Positions 25,874-34,063 of a DNA stretch of 40,000 nt are shown here, in pieces. Source of the DNA: an uncultured Clostridia bacterium (GTDB lineage: Bacteria; Bacillota; Clostridia; Oscillospirales; Ruminococcaceae); the NCBI GenBank assembly GCA_947589215.1, contig CANQCL010000009.1:13303-53302 (forward strand), given 5' to 3'. Position 1 is the first letter of the stretch; each line of letters opens with the position of its first letter. The translations under genes and the position numbers were made by a program. The notes under the pieces are model-generated. The model worked only from the letters and a program-made list of their open reading frames with translations. It was not told where the DNA came from and ran no database searches.

Positions 25874-25919
25874 CAAAACGCACATTAATAAATTCCGTAT
25901 TAATTAAGGAGAATAATCA

Positions 25920-27377
25920 ATGGAACTGAAAAACAGCAGTATTAATGATATAAGAAAAGCTCTAGACGGGAAGGAAATTTCCGTAAAAGAGCTTACCGAC
26001 GAATACTACAGCCGTATTGAATCGGCAGATAAAAAGCTTGACTGCTTTATAACCCTTTCAAAAGAACAGGCTTATAAGGCTTGCGATAAAGCACAGGAGA
26101 AAATCAATAATGGGCAGGCTTCACCGCTAACTGGAATACCAATGGCGATTAAAGACAACATCTGTACAGAGGGTGTTAAAACCACCTGTGCGTCAAGAAT
26201 GCTTGAAAACTTTATTCCGCCTTACAACGCAACGGTTATGGATAAGCTAGAAAACGAGGGAATAGTAATGCTCGGAAAGGTTTCTATGGACGAGTTTGCA
26301 ATGGGCGGTTCGACTCAAACTGCGGCATTCAAGAAAACTAAAAACCCATACGATACTACGAGAGTACCGGGCGGTTCATCGGGCGGCTCGGCAAGCGCCG
26401 TTTCTGCCGACCTTTGCACAGCGGCTCTCGGCTCAGATACAGGAGGCTCAATACGTCAGCCTTCATCTTTCTGCGGAGTTACAGGTATGAAACCAACCTA
26501 CAGCCGTGTTTCAAGATACGGTTTGGTTGCGTTTGCATCATCTCTCGACCAGATAGGACCTGTAGCTAAAAACGCTCAGGACTGCGGAACTATACTAAAT
26601 GCTATCTGCGGCTTTGATATTCACGACGGAACATCTGCTAAAGTAGATGTTCCCGACTTTAACGCAAAAATAGGCAAGGATATAAAGGGGTTGAAAATTG
26701 CTCTGCCTAAAGAGTTTTTTGCCGATGGAATAGACGATGTTATAAAAACTGCGGTTTTAAAAGCCGCTGACGAATACAAGTCTATGGGCGCAGAGCTTGT
26801 AGAATGTTCTATGCCGTCGCTTAAATATGCAATTCCGGCATACTATCTTATTGCGTCTGCCGAAGCAGCTTCAAACCTTTCAAGATATGACGGTATAAAA
26901 TACGGCCACAGAACTGAAAAAAAGTGCGAGTCATATGACGAGCTTATAAAAGCGTCAAGGCGTGAGGGATTCGGCGACGAGGTTAAAAGAAGAATACTGC
27001 TCGGCAACTACGCTCTTTCGAGCGGTTACTACGACGCTTATTACGGAAAGGCAATGGCTTTAAGACAGCTTATAAGAAAAGAATACAACGATATTTTTGA
27101 AAAGTGCGATGTAATTTTAACACCTACAACGCCAACTACGGCATATCGCTGTGATGAAAACATATCTGACCCTGTAAAGATGTATCAGGCTGATATTTGC
27201 ACTGTTACCGTAAATATTGCAGGACTTCCTGCAATCTCGACCCCGTGCGGATATGACGATAAGGGACTTCCTATCGGAATGTCTATTATAGGAAAGCCTT
27301 TTGACGAGCAGACGGTAATTCAGACAGCGAACGCTTATGAAAAGAACTTTACAAGAGTTTTACCAAACATAGATTAA
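25920..27377 (+). CDS. gatA: Asp/Glu-tRNA(Asn/Gln) amidotransferase subunit A
   Basis: 485 aa. Amidase signature GGSSGGSASAV...GSDTGGSIRQP. Confidence 0.94.
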   Translation: MELKNSSINDIRKALDGKEISVKELTDEYYSRIESADKKLDCFITLSKEQAYKACDKAQEKINNGQASPLTGIPMAIKDNICTEGVKTTCASRMLENFIPPYNATVMDKLENEGIVMLGKVSMDEFAMGGSTQTAAFKKTKNPYDTTRVPGGSSGGSASAVSADLCTAALGSDTGGSIRQPSSFCGVTGMKPTYSRVSRYGLVAFASSLDQIGPVAKNAQDCGTILNAICGFDIHDGTSAKVDVPDFNAKIGKDIKGLKIALPKEFFADGIDDVIKTAVLKAADEYKSMGAELVECSMPSLKYAIPAYYLIASAEAASNLSRYDGIKYGHRTEKKCESYDELIKASRREGFGDEVKRRILLGNYALSSGYYDAYYGKAMALRQLIRKEYNDIFEKCDVILTPTTPTTAYRCDENISDPVKMYQADICTVTVNIAGLPAISTPCGYDDKGLPIGMSIIGKPFDEQTVIQTANAYEKNFTRVLPNID

Positions 27378-27396
27378 TAAACGGAGGAACAGACAA

Positions 27397-30285
27397 ATGG
27401 AAAATAAATATATAACAGTCATCGGTCTTGAAATTCACTCCGAGCTGCTTACAAAATCAAAGGTTTTCTGCACCTGCAACGCTGAGTTCGGAGGCGACCA
27501 AAACACAAGGTGCTGTCCTGTATGTACAGGTATGCCGGGAACTCTGCCTGTTATCAATCAGACTGCCGTTGAATACGCAGTAAAAGCAGGCTTTGCTTTG
27601 GGCTGTAACATCAGCAAGTTTTCTGTGTTCGACAGAAAAAACTACTTCTATCCCGACCTGCCAAAGGCATATCAGATATCTCAGCTTCAAAGACCCCTCT
27701 GTTTAGACGGTCTTGTTCCTATTGAGGTCGACGGCAAAAAGAAAAATATCAGAATTAACCGTATACATCTTGAAGAGGACGCAGGAAAGCTTATACACGA
27801 CGATTTCAACGGCGTTTCGCTTGCCGACTACAACAGATGCGGAATACCTCTTATCGAGATAGTTACCGAGCCTGATATTTCATCTGCTGAGGAAGCACAG
27901 GCGTTTGTGTCGCAAATTGCACTTTTGCTAAAATACGCAGGTGTCAGCGACTGTAAAATGGAACAGGGTTCGTTGAGATGCGACGTAAATATTTCTCTTA
28001 TGAAGCCCGACGATAAAGAGTTCGGCACACGTGCGGAAATCAAGAACCTAAACTCAATAAAGGCAATCGGCAGAGCAATTAAATACGAGGAAAGACGTCA
28101 GGCTCTCTTGCTTGACGCAGGAAAGCGTGTTATCCAAGAAACAAGAAGATACAACGAAAACCGTGACGTCACCACTTCAATGAGAAATAAGGAGAACGCT
28201 CACGATTACAGATACTTTCCTGAGCCGGATATTTTGCAGGTAAATTTCACTGATGAAATGCTCGACGAGATAAAAGCTAAGCTCCCTGAAATGCCCGACA
28301 AAAGAATCAAGAGATACGTTGAGAGCTTCGGGCTAAGTGAAACAGACGCTAAAATATTAATTCAGTCTAAGGTCGTTTCTGATTTCTTTGACGATGCTGT
28401 AAAAGCATATAACAATCCAAAGAGCATAGCATCATTTATTCTGCGTGAATTTATGAGAAGACTCAATCTCGGTGAAATTGATTTGGATAATCTCAATTTC
28501 ACAGCTGAGGATCTTGCAGAACTGGTTAAGCTTTCTGACGAGGAAAAGGTGTCTTTAAACGACGCTAACAAGACGTTCAGAGAGATGGTCGAAACAGGAA
28601 AGCTATGCAGTGAAATTATAAAGGCAAACGGATACTTGATAGAGCTTGACAATTCAAAGGTAGAAGCAGGAATTGACGAGATTTTAGCAGCTAACCCCGA
28701 GCAGGTTGAACAGTACAGAAACGGCGAAACAAAGGTATTCGGCTTCTTTATGGGAAAATGCACAAAGGCGCTTAAAGGCGTCGGCACACCAAAGGTTATA
28801 AAAGAAATTTTAGAGAGCAAGCTTAAATCCGGTGAAACACAACAGCAAACACAGACATCGGAAGAAAGTGCAAAGTCTGAAAGCAACTCAAAGCCTGACA
28901 CATCAAAGCTAACTAAATATGAAAACCCCGATAAATTCACACCAAAAACAAAAGCAGATAACGACAAGCTGTTAGTTATAAGCGGTAAAAACGTAATGCA
29001 GGAATTTGACGTTGAAACTGCTCAGAACAATATCGGCTCGGAGGTTGAGTTCTCCGGCTGTGTTCATAAGGTCAAATCAATGGGAAGCATCTCATTCGTT
29101 GTTATACGAACAGCGAGAGACGTTATTCAAACCGTATATAATAAGGATAACTGCAAGGACAGCATAGACGGTCTGCATGAGGGTTATTTTGTTCATATTA
29201 AGGGTACTGTAAACGAAAACAAGCGTGACCAAAACGGCATTGAGATAATTCTGAGTGAGATCAAACTGATCTCAAGACCTAAAGAGGAATACCCTCTCAA
29301 GATTTCTCAGGGCGAGCTTAAATGCACGTTAGATGTAAATCTCGACAACAGAAGCGTTTCTTTAAGAAACCCTTATCAGCGTGCTATTTTCAAGCTTCAG
29401 GAAGGGCTTGTTCAGGGTATGCACGAGTTTATGAAAATGAACAACTTCACTGAGATCCACACTCCGAAAATCGTTGCTCAGGGCGCAGAGGGCGGAGCAA
29501 ATATATTCAAGATAGATTATTTCGGTCACCCTGCATTTTTGAACCAGTCTCCTCAGTTTTATAAGCAGGCTGCTATCGCTTTCTATGACAGAGTTTATGA
29601 AATAGCCCCTGTTTACAGAGCAGAAAAGCACGCAACATCACGTCATATAAACGAGTATATCGGTCTTGACTTTGAGATGGGATACATCGATAGTATGTAT
29701 GATGTTATGAATATGGAAACGGCAATGCTCAAACATATTTTTGCGTACATTGAGAAAAACTACTCTAAGGAAATAAAACTTCTCAACGCTGATGTTCCGC
29801 ATATTACTGATATACCATCAATAAGGTTTTCTGACGCTATTGAACTTTTGCGAGGCAAGAATGTTTCAACGAAGTTCGATTTAGACCCTGAGGACGAGGT
29901 AAATCTCTGCAAGTATGCAAAAGAAAAGTATGACAGCGAGTTTATATTCATAACCCACTTCCCCAGCTCTAAACCTCCGTTTTACGCTATGGACGACAGA
30001 GAAGACCCTAAAGCCGCATATAAGTTTGACCTTATATTCAGAGGGCTTGAGATAACCTCAGGCGGTCAAAGAATTCACGATTATGACGAGCAGGTAGCAA
30101 AAATGAAACGTCAGGGATTAGACCCTGCCGACTTTGAAAATTATCTGGAGTCTCATAAGTACGGTCTTCCTCCGCACGGCGGTTTGGGAATAGGTCTGGA
30201 ACGTCTTTTGATGAAGCTTCTTAACTACTCAAATATTCGTGAAACATCAATGTTCCCAAGAGATTTAAACAGATTGCTGCCATAA
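27397..30285 (+). CDS. gatB: fusion protein: amidotransferase subunit B (aa 1 to about 477) + linker + archaeal-type aspartyl-tRNA synthetase (aa about 534 to 962)
   Basis: N-terminal half: VIGLEIHSEL, CPVCTGMPG, HLEEDAGKL and the YqeY-like tail FGFFMGKCTKALKG. The linker is SGETQQQTQTSEESAKSESNSKPDTSK.... C-terminal half: OB-fold module (VEFSGCVHKVKSMGSISFVVIRTARDVIQ), class II motif 2 (VYRAEKHATSRHINEYIGLDFEM) and motif 3 (GGLGIGLERLLM). There is no stop codon anywhere in the 962 codons. Confidence 0.85.
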   Translation: MENKYITVIGLEIHSELLTKSKVFCTCNAEFGGDQNTRCCPVCTGMPGTLPVINQTAVEYAVKAGFALGCNISKFSVFDRKNYFYPDLPKAYQISQLQRPLCLDGLVPIEVDGKKKNIRINRIHLEEDAGKLIHDDFNGVSLADYNRCGIPLIEIVTEPDISSAEEAQAFVSQIALLLKYAGVSDCKMEQGSLRCDVNISLMKPDDKEFGTRAEIKNLNSIKAIGRAIKYEERRQALLLDAGKRVIQETRRYNENRDVTTSMRNKENAHDYRYFPEPDILQVNFTDEMLDEIKAKLPEMPDKRIKRYVESFGLSETDAKILIQSKVVSDFFDDAVKAYNNPKSIASFILREFMRRLNLGEIDLDNLNFTAEDLAELVKLSDEEKVSLNDANKTFREMVETGKLCSEIIKANGYLIELDNSKVEAGIDEILAANPEQVEQYRNGETKVFGFFMGKCTKALKGVGTPKVIKEILESKLKSGETQQQTQTSEESAKSESNSKPDTSKLTKYENPDKFTPKTKADNDKLLVISGKNVMQEFDVETAQNNIGSEVEFSGCVHKVKSMGSISFVVIRTARDVIQTVYNKDNCKDSIDGLHEGYFVHIKGTVNENKRDQNGIEIILSEIKLISRPKEEYPLKISQGELKCTLDVNLDNRSVSLRNPYQRAIFKLQEGLVQGMHEFMKMNNFTEIHTPKIVAQGAEGGANIFKIDYFGHPAFLNQSPQFYKQAAIAFYDRVYEIAPVYRAEKHATSRHINEYIGLDFEMGYIDSMYDVMNMETAMLKHIFAYIEKNYSKEIKLLNADVPHITDIPSIRFSDAIELLRGKNVSTKFDLDPEDEVNLCKYAKEKYDSEFIFITHFPSSKPPFYAMDDREDPKAAYKFDLIFRGLEITSGGQRIHDYDEQVAKMKRQGLDPADFENYLESHKYGLPPHGGLGIGLERLLMKLLNYSNIRETSMFPRDLNRLLP

Positions 30286-30385
30286 TTTTTTATCACATTG
30301 TTGTCACATTGAAGATTTATTATATGTGCAATGCCTTTTAGGTTATAAACATTGACACGCTCAATTAAAAGAATGGAGAAATAAT

Positions 30386-31834
30386 ATGGACGAGAACAAA
30401 AATCAAGAGGAAATTTTGAATGAAGAACTTCAATCCTATGAAAATCCATCTAATGAAACTCAATCTGATGAGGTAATTTCTGATGATATCCTAGACGATG
30501 AAAATTCTGAAAACGACGCCGATATTTCAGATAATGTATTTGATGCTGAAAGCACATATACTCCGATTTTGGGTGAGGACGCTGAAACTGATAATTTAAC
30601 AGAAAGTGATTCTGTTAAAAAGAAAACAGATTTAACTACAAAAATTTTGATACCTGTTATTGTTGTTCTTGCGGCAGTAATTGTTACACTTGTACTTCTT
30701 GAAGTAAACAGATCTAAAATTAATGCTTCATCTAACAGCTATACCAATTCAGCTTTGGCAAGCTCTAATGCTCAGGTTCCCGAACCTTCTTTTAAAATAG
30801 ACGGAAAAAAAGTTAACACCGATGATTTGGTATTTTTAAAAATTGGTGAATATGAGGTAGGCTTTGACGAGCTTAGAAACTGCTATTATCAATTTTTATA
30901 CAACTACGGTCCATACTATGGCGTATCTGAGGACACCTTCAAAAGTGCAAGCGGCGATGAACTTAAAAGTATGTTCAGTTCATTCAAGGACAGTCTTGCC
31001 GAATATATAAAAGGCGGTTATGTTCACGCAAGCTATGCAAAGGAACACAACATAACCCTTGATAAAGAAGATGAAAAAACTGTTGCGGATAGAATTAAGT
31101 CGATAAAAGATGAACAGGGCGATAATTATAAATCTTTCTTAAAAGAAAACTATATGACTGAAAATTATCTTAATATAGCTATGAGAAACAATGTTATGGC
31201 TGATAAGGTTGAAGAAGCACTGTCTATTCCTGAGAAGGATTTTTATAAAACCGCTGAAAAAGAGCTTTATCAGGTAAAGCAAATATTTATTCCTTTTGGC
31301 TCTGAAGAAAAAATATCAGACGAAGTATTATCTTCAAACAGCATTAAGGATTATGATAAGCTTTCTAAGCCTGAAAGGGCTGAGGCAATCCTTTCAAATT
31401 ATGAGGCTTTAAGCGACAGTAAACAAAAACAGGCTAAAAATGCTTCTAAAAAGGTTGCCGACAATATTTACAAGAAGCTTAAATCCGGTGCAGATTTTGA
31501 TACTTTGATGAAGAATAACACTTATGATTCCTTGTATGAGAGTTATCCTAAGGGTGTATTAGTAGGCAAGGATTATGAATACGACGAAGCTTATCTCGAA
31601 ACGGCATTGAAATTAAAAGAAAATGAAATGAGCGAGGTCATTGAATCAAGCTCAGGATATCATATTATTATGCGTGTTCCCTTTGATAAGAAGTATATCA
31701 ATAAAAATATTGATTACTTTGCTCAAACCTATAATGACAGCGCTGTCAATAAAGTTCTGTATAAGGTATATGAAGATCTTGATATTGAACAAACCGATAC
31801 TTACAAAAATTTTCAGTACGGAGATTTAACTTAG
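30386..31834 (+). CDS. membrane-anchored parvulin-type peptidyl-prolyl isomerase (PrsA/SurA-like) with an acidic N-terminal tail
   Basis: About 82 aa of D/E/N/S-rich sequence, one TM helix (ILIPVIVVLAAVIVTLVLL), a chaperone-like region, then the parvulin motif SSGYHIIMRV. Confidence 0.75.
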   Translation: MDENKNQEEILNEELQSYENPSNETQSDEVISDDILDDENSENDADISDNVFDAESTYTPILGEDAETDNLTESDSVKKKTDLTTKILIPVIVVLAAVIVTLVLLEVNRSKINASSNSYTNSALASSNAQVPEPSFKIDGKKVNTDDLVFLKIGEYEVGFDELRNCYYQFLYNYGPYYGVSEDTFKSASGDELKSMFSSFKDSLAEYIKGGYVHASYAKEHNITLDKEDEKTVADRIKSIKDEQGDNYKSFLKENYMTENYLNIAMRNNVMADKVEEALSIPEKDFYKTAEKELYQVKQIFIPFGSEEKISDEVLSSNSIKDYDKLSKPERAEAILSNYEALSDSKQKQAKNASKKVADNIYKKLKSGADFDTLMKNNTYDSLYESYPKGVLVGKDYEYDEAYLETALKLKENEMSEVIESSSGYHIIMRVPFDKKYINKNIDYFAQTYNDSAVNKVLYKVYEDLDIEQTDTYKNFQYGDLT

Positions 31835-31854
31835 TATAAATATAATAAGAGTTT

Positions 31855-31887
31855 AAAGCAGAAGTATAAAAGCTTCTGCTTTTTTTA
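31855..31887 (+). terminator. intrinsic terminator
   Basis: AAAGCAGAAG-loop-CTTCTGCTTT followed by a T-run. Confidence 0.75.
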
Positions 31888-31939
31888 TTTTTAACCAATC
31901 ATATATAATCTCAGCCTTTTAAAAAATTATAAAAAAAAT

Positions 31940-32002
31940 AAACATTTGTTCTTGACAACTGCAAACAAATGTTCTATAATAGTATAAAAGAACATAGGTT
32001 CG
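31940..32002 (+). promoter_or_regulatory. consensus sigma-A promoter interleaved with three LexA-type operators
   Basis: Box 1 is AAACATTTGTTC (31940..31951). The -35 is TTGACA (31952..31957). Box 2 is AAACAAATGTTC (31963..31974). The -10 is TATAAT (31975..31980), giving a 17-nt spacer. Box 3 is GAACATAGGTTC (31990..32001). Confidence 0.75.
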
Positions 32003-32057
32003 TTAATACTATATTAAAACGCTTAGCGTAACATTATGAATTTAGTAAAAGGAATGA

Positions 32058-33344
32058 ATGGTTATGGAAACAAAAAAGGAAAGAGTAATACTTCACATTG
32101 ATATGAACAATTGCTACGCATCTATTGAATGTAAGCTCAACCCGGAATTAAGCGGAAAATGCGTAGCTGTTGCAGGAAATCAGGAGGAACGTCACGGGAT
32201 AATTCTTGCCAAAAATGAACTTGCTAAAAGCTATGGCGTTAAAACAGGAGAACCTATATGGCAGGCAAAGCAAAAATGTCCCGAGCTTGTTACAGTACCT
32301 CCTCACTATGAAGAATACTTAAAGCACTCAAAGGCGGCAAGAAAAATATACTCTGACTACACAGACAAGATCGAGCCGTTCGGAATAGACGAATGTTGGA
32401 TAGATATAACTGGTTATTGGCGAAACGGTAAGCAGGCAGACGGAAAAGCTATAGCCGATGAGATAAGAGAACGGGTAAAATCAGAGCTTGGGATAACAGT
32501 TTCTATCGGCGTAAGCTTTAACAAAATATTTGCAAAGCTTGGCTCTGATATGAAAAAACCGGACGCAACCACAGTTATCACATATGAAGGAAAGGATTGC
32601 TTTAGAGATAAAGTATTTCCTCTTGATGTTGGAGAGCTTTTGTATGTGGGAAAAGCTACAAAGAAAAGGCTCAATCAAAGAGGTATTTTCACTATTGGTG
32701 AACTGGCACAAACCCCCATATCAAAGCTTCAAAGCTGGCTGGGAAAATGGGGGCAATATCTTTGGGTTTATGCAAACGGACTTGATATATCTCCCGTTGA
32801 GAATGACGGCAATAAGCCATTGGTCAAATCGGTCAGCAACGGAACGACATCATACCGTGACCTTGAAAACGACAACGACGTAAAAATAATCACTTTTGCG
32901 CTTGCAGAAAGCATAGCTTCAAGACTTCGTGCTATTCACTCTAAGTGCGGAGCAATCTCAATTTCGGTTAAGAACAATAAGCTATACACCTATTCAAAAC
33001 AAAAAAAGCTTCACATACCTATTGATGACGCCTATGAAATAGCAAAAATCGCACTTTCCCTCTACAAAGATTCCTACAACTGGGCGGCAGGAAACCCTAT
33101 CCGTGCCATTTCAATTTGCGTTTACGAGCTTTATGATATCTATTCCGACTATCAAACCTCTATTTTTGAAAATTCAGACACAAGCAAAAAGCACGAAAAC
33201 CTCAACAAAACGGTAGACCGCCTAAGAGAGAAATACGGCTACACTTGTATAAGGCGGGCAATTGTTATAAGCGACAGAGGATTTGCAAATTTCTCAACTA
33301 AGATACAAAACGAAGTACATCCTGTTGGGGTATTTCACTCTTAG
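32058..33344 (+). CDS. dinB: Y-family translesion DNA polymerase (DinB/UmuC-PolY2-like)
   Basis: Motifs ILHIDMNNCYASIE and SIGVSFNKIFAKLGSDMKKPD. ATG 32064 (METKKE) is an alternative start. Confidence 0.88.
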   Translation: MVMETKKERVILHIDMNNCYASIECKLNPELSGKCVAVAGNQEERHGIILAKNELAKSYGVKTGEPIWQAKQKCPELVTVPPHYEEYLKHSKAARKIYSDYTDKIEPFGIDECWIDITGYWRNGKQADGKAIADEIRERVKSELGITVSIGVSFNKIFAKLGSDMKKPDATTVITYEGKDCFRDKVFPLDVGELLYVGKATKKRLNQRGIFTIGELAQTPISKLQSWLGKWGQYLWVYANGLDISPVENDGNKPLVKSVSNGTTSYRDLENDNDVKIITFALAESIASRLRAIHSKCGAISISVKNNKLYTYSKQKKLHIPIDDAYEIAKIALSLYKDSYNWAAGNPIRAISICVYELYDIYSDYQTSIFENSDTSKKHENLNKTVDRLREKYGYTCIRRAIVISDRGFANFSTKIQNEVHPVGVFHS

Positions 33345-33398
33345 ACCGGCGGTAAAGCAGGAGACAATATACAAGAAGTTAGAGGTCAGATGCAAGAG

Positions 33399-33435
33399 AA
33401 GAGCGTTCGGAAAATTTCCGAACGCTCTTGTTTTT
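33399..33435 (+). terminator. intrinsic terminator of the polymerase gene
   Basis: AAGAGCGTTCGGAAA-a-TTTCCGAACGCTCTT followed by GTTTTT. Confidence 0.8.
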
Positions 33436-33568
33436 AACAGCTATGTACGACCCTCCATTGTACAAGCCCTAATAATTTTCAAACTTTTTATAGGCGGCAA
33501 TGCGTGCAGGGGCACCCCTGCCGGCTCGCCGGTCTTGCTTCTTGCCTTTTGCTGCTGAGCGCCGTTTC

Positions 33569-34063
33569 CTAAACATCATAGACAAAGACAAAATCGTCCA
33601 TAACGAAGTCTTCTCCTATATCGGCTATCTGCGTCCGCTCTATGTACATTCCAAACTTCTTGTAAATCTCTATCGAGTGCTTATTTCCCCTGTTTACAGT
33701 AAGCCAGATTTTTGAAAGCCCTCGTTTTTTTGCTTCTTCTTTCAAGAACTCAAAAGCCTGTCTTGAAAACCCTTTGCCTCTTTCCGATTTAAGCAAATAG
33801 ATTTTTGAAAGAAACAGCACTCCGCCTTCCTGCTCAACAAAACCGAAATAACCTACGCTTTTACCGTTCTCTACAAAGTTGTAATATTCGTAGTTCTGCT
33901 TTTTGATTTGCTCTGCTATAACCTCAGCTGACTGAAATTTCTGTACCATATATTCTATTTGTTCCTCGGAAATTATGCTGATATAATGCTCGTTCCAGAT
34001 TTCGCTTGCAAGTCTGGCTGTTTCCTCAATTTGTTTTTTAGTTCTAACCTTTCTAAGCTCCAT
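33569..34063 (-). CDS. GNAT-family N-acetyltransferase
   Basis: 164 aa. Acetyl-CoA-binding motif SERGKGFSRQAFEFL. Confidence 0.8.
   Translation of the reverse strand: MELRKVRTKKQIEETARLASEIWNEHYISIISEEQIEYMVQKFQSAEVIAEQIKKQNYEYYNFVENGKSVGYFGFVEQEGGVLFLSKIYLLKSERGKGFSRQAFEFLKEEAKKRGLSKIWLTVNRGNKHSIEIYKKFGMYIERTQIADIGEDFVMDDFVFVYDV

Noticed and set aside
33283-33715. Plus-strand track ORFs 33283..33558 and 33500..33715
   Set aside because: The first starts inside the polymerase gene in another frame and reads through its terminator hairpin. The second is antisense to the GNAT gene. Both translations are dominated by the GC-rich palindromes (Ala/Arg/Pro/Gly runs).
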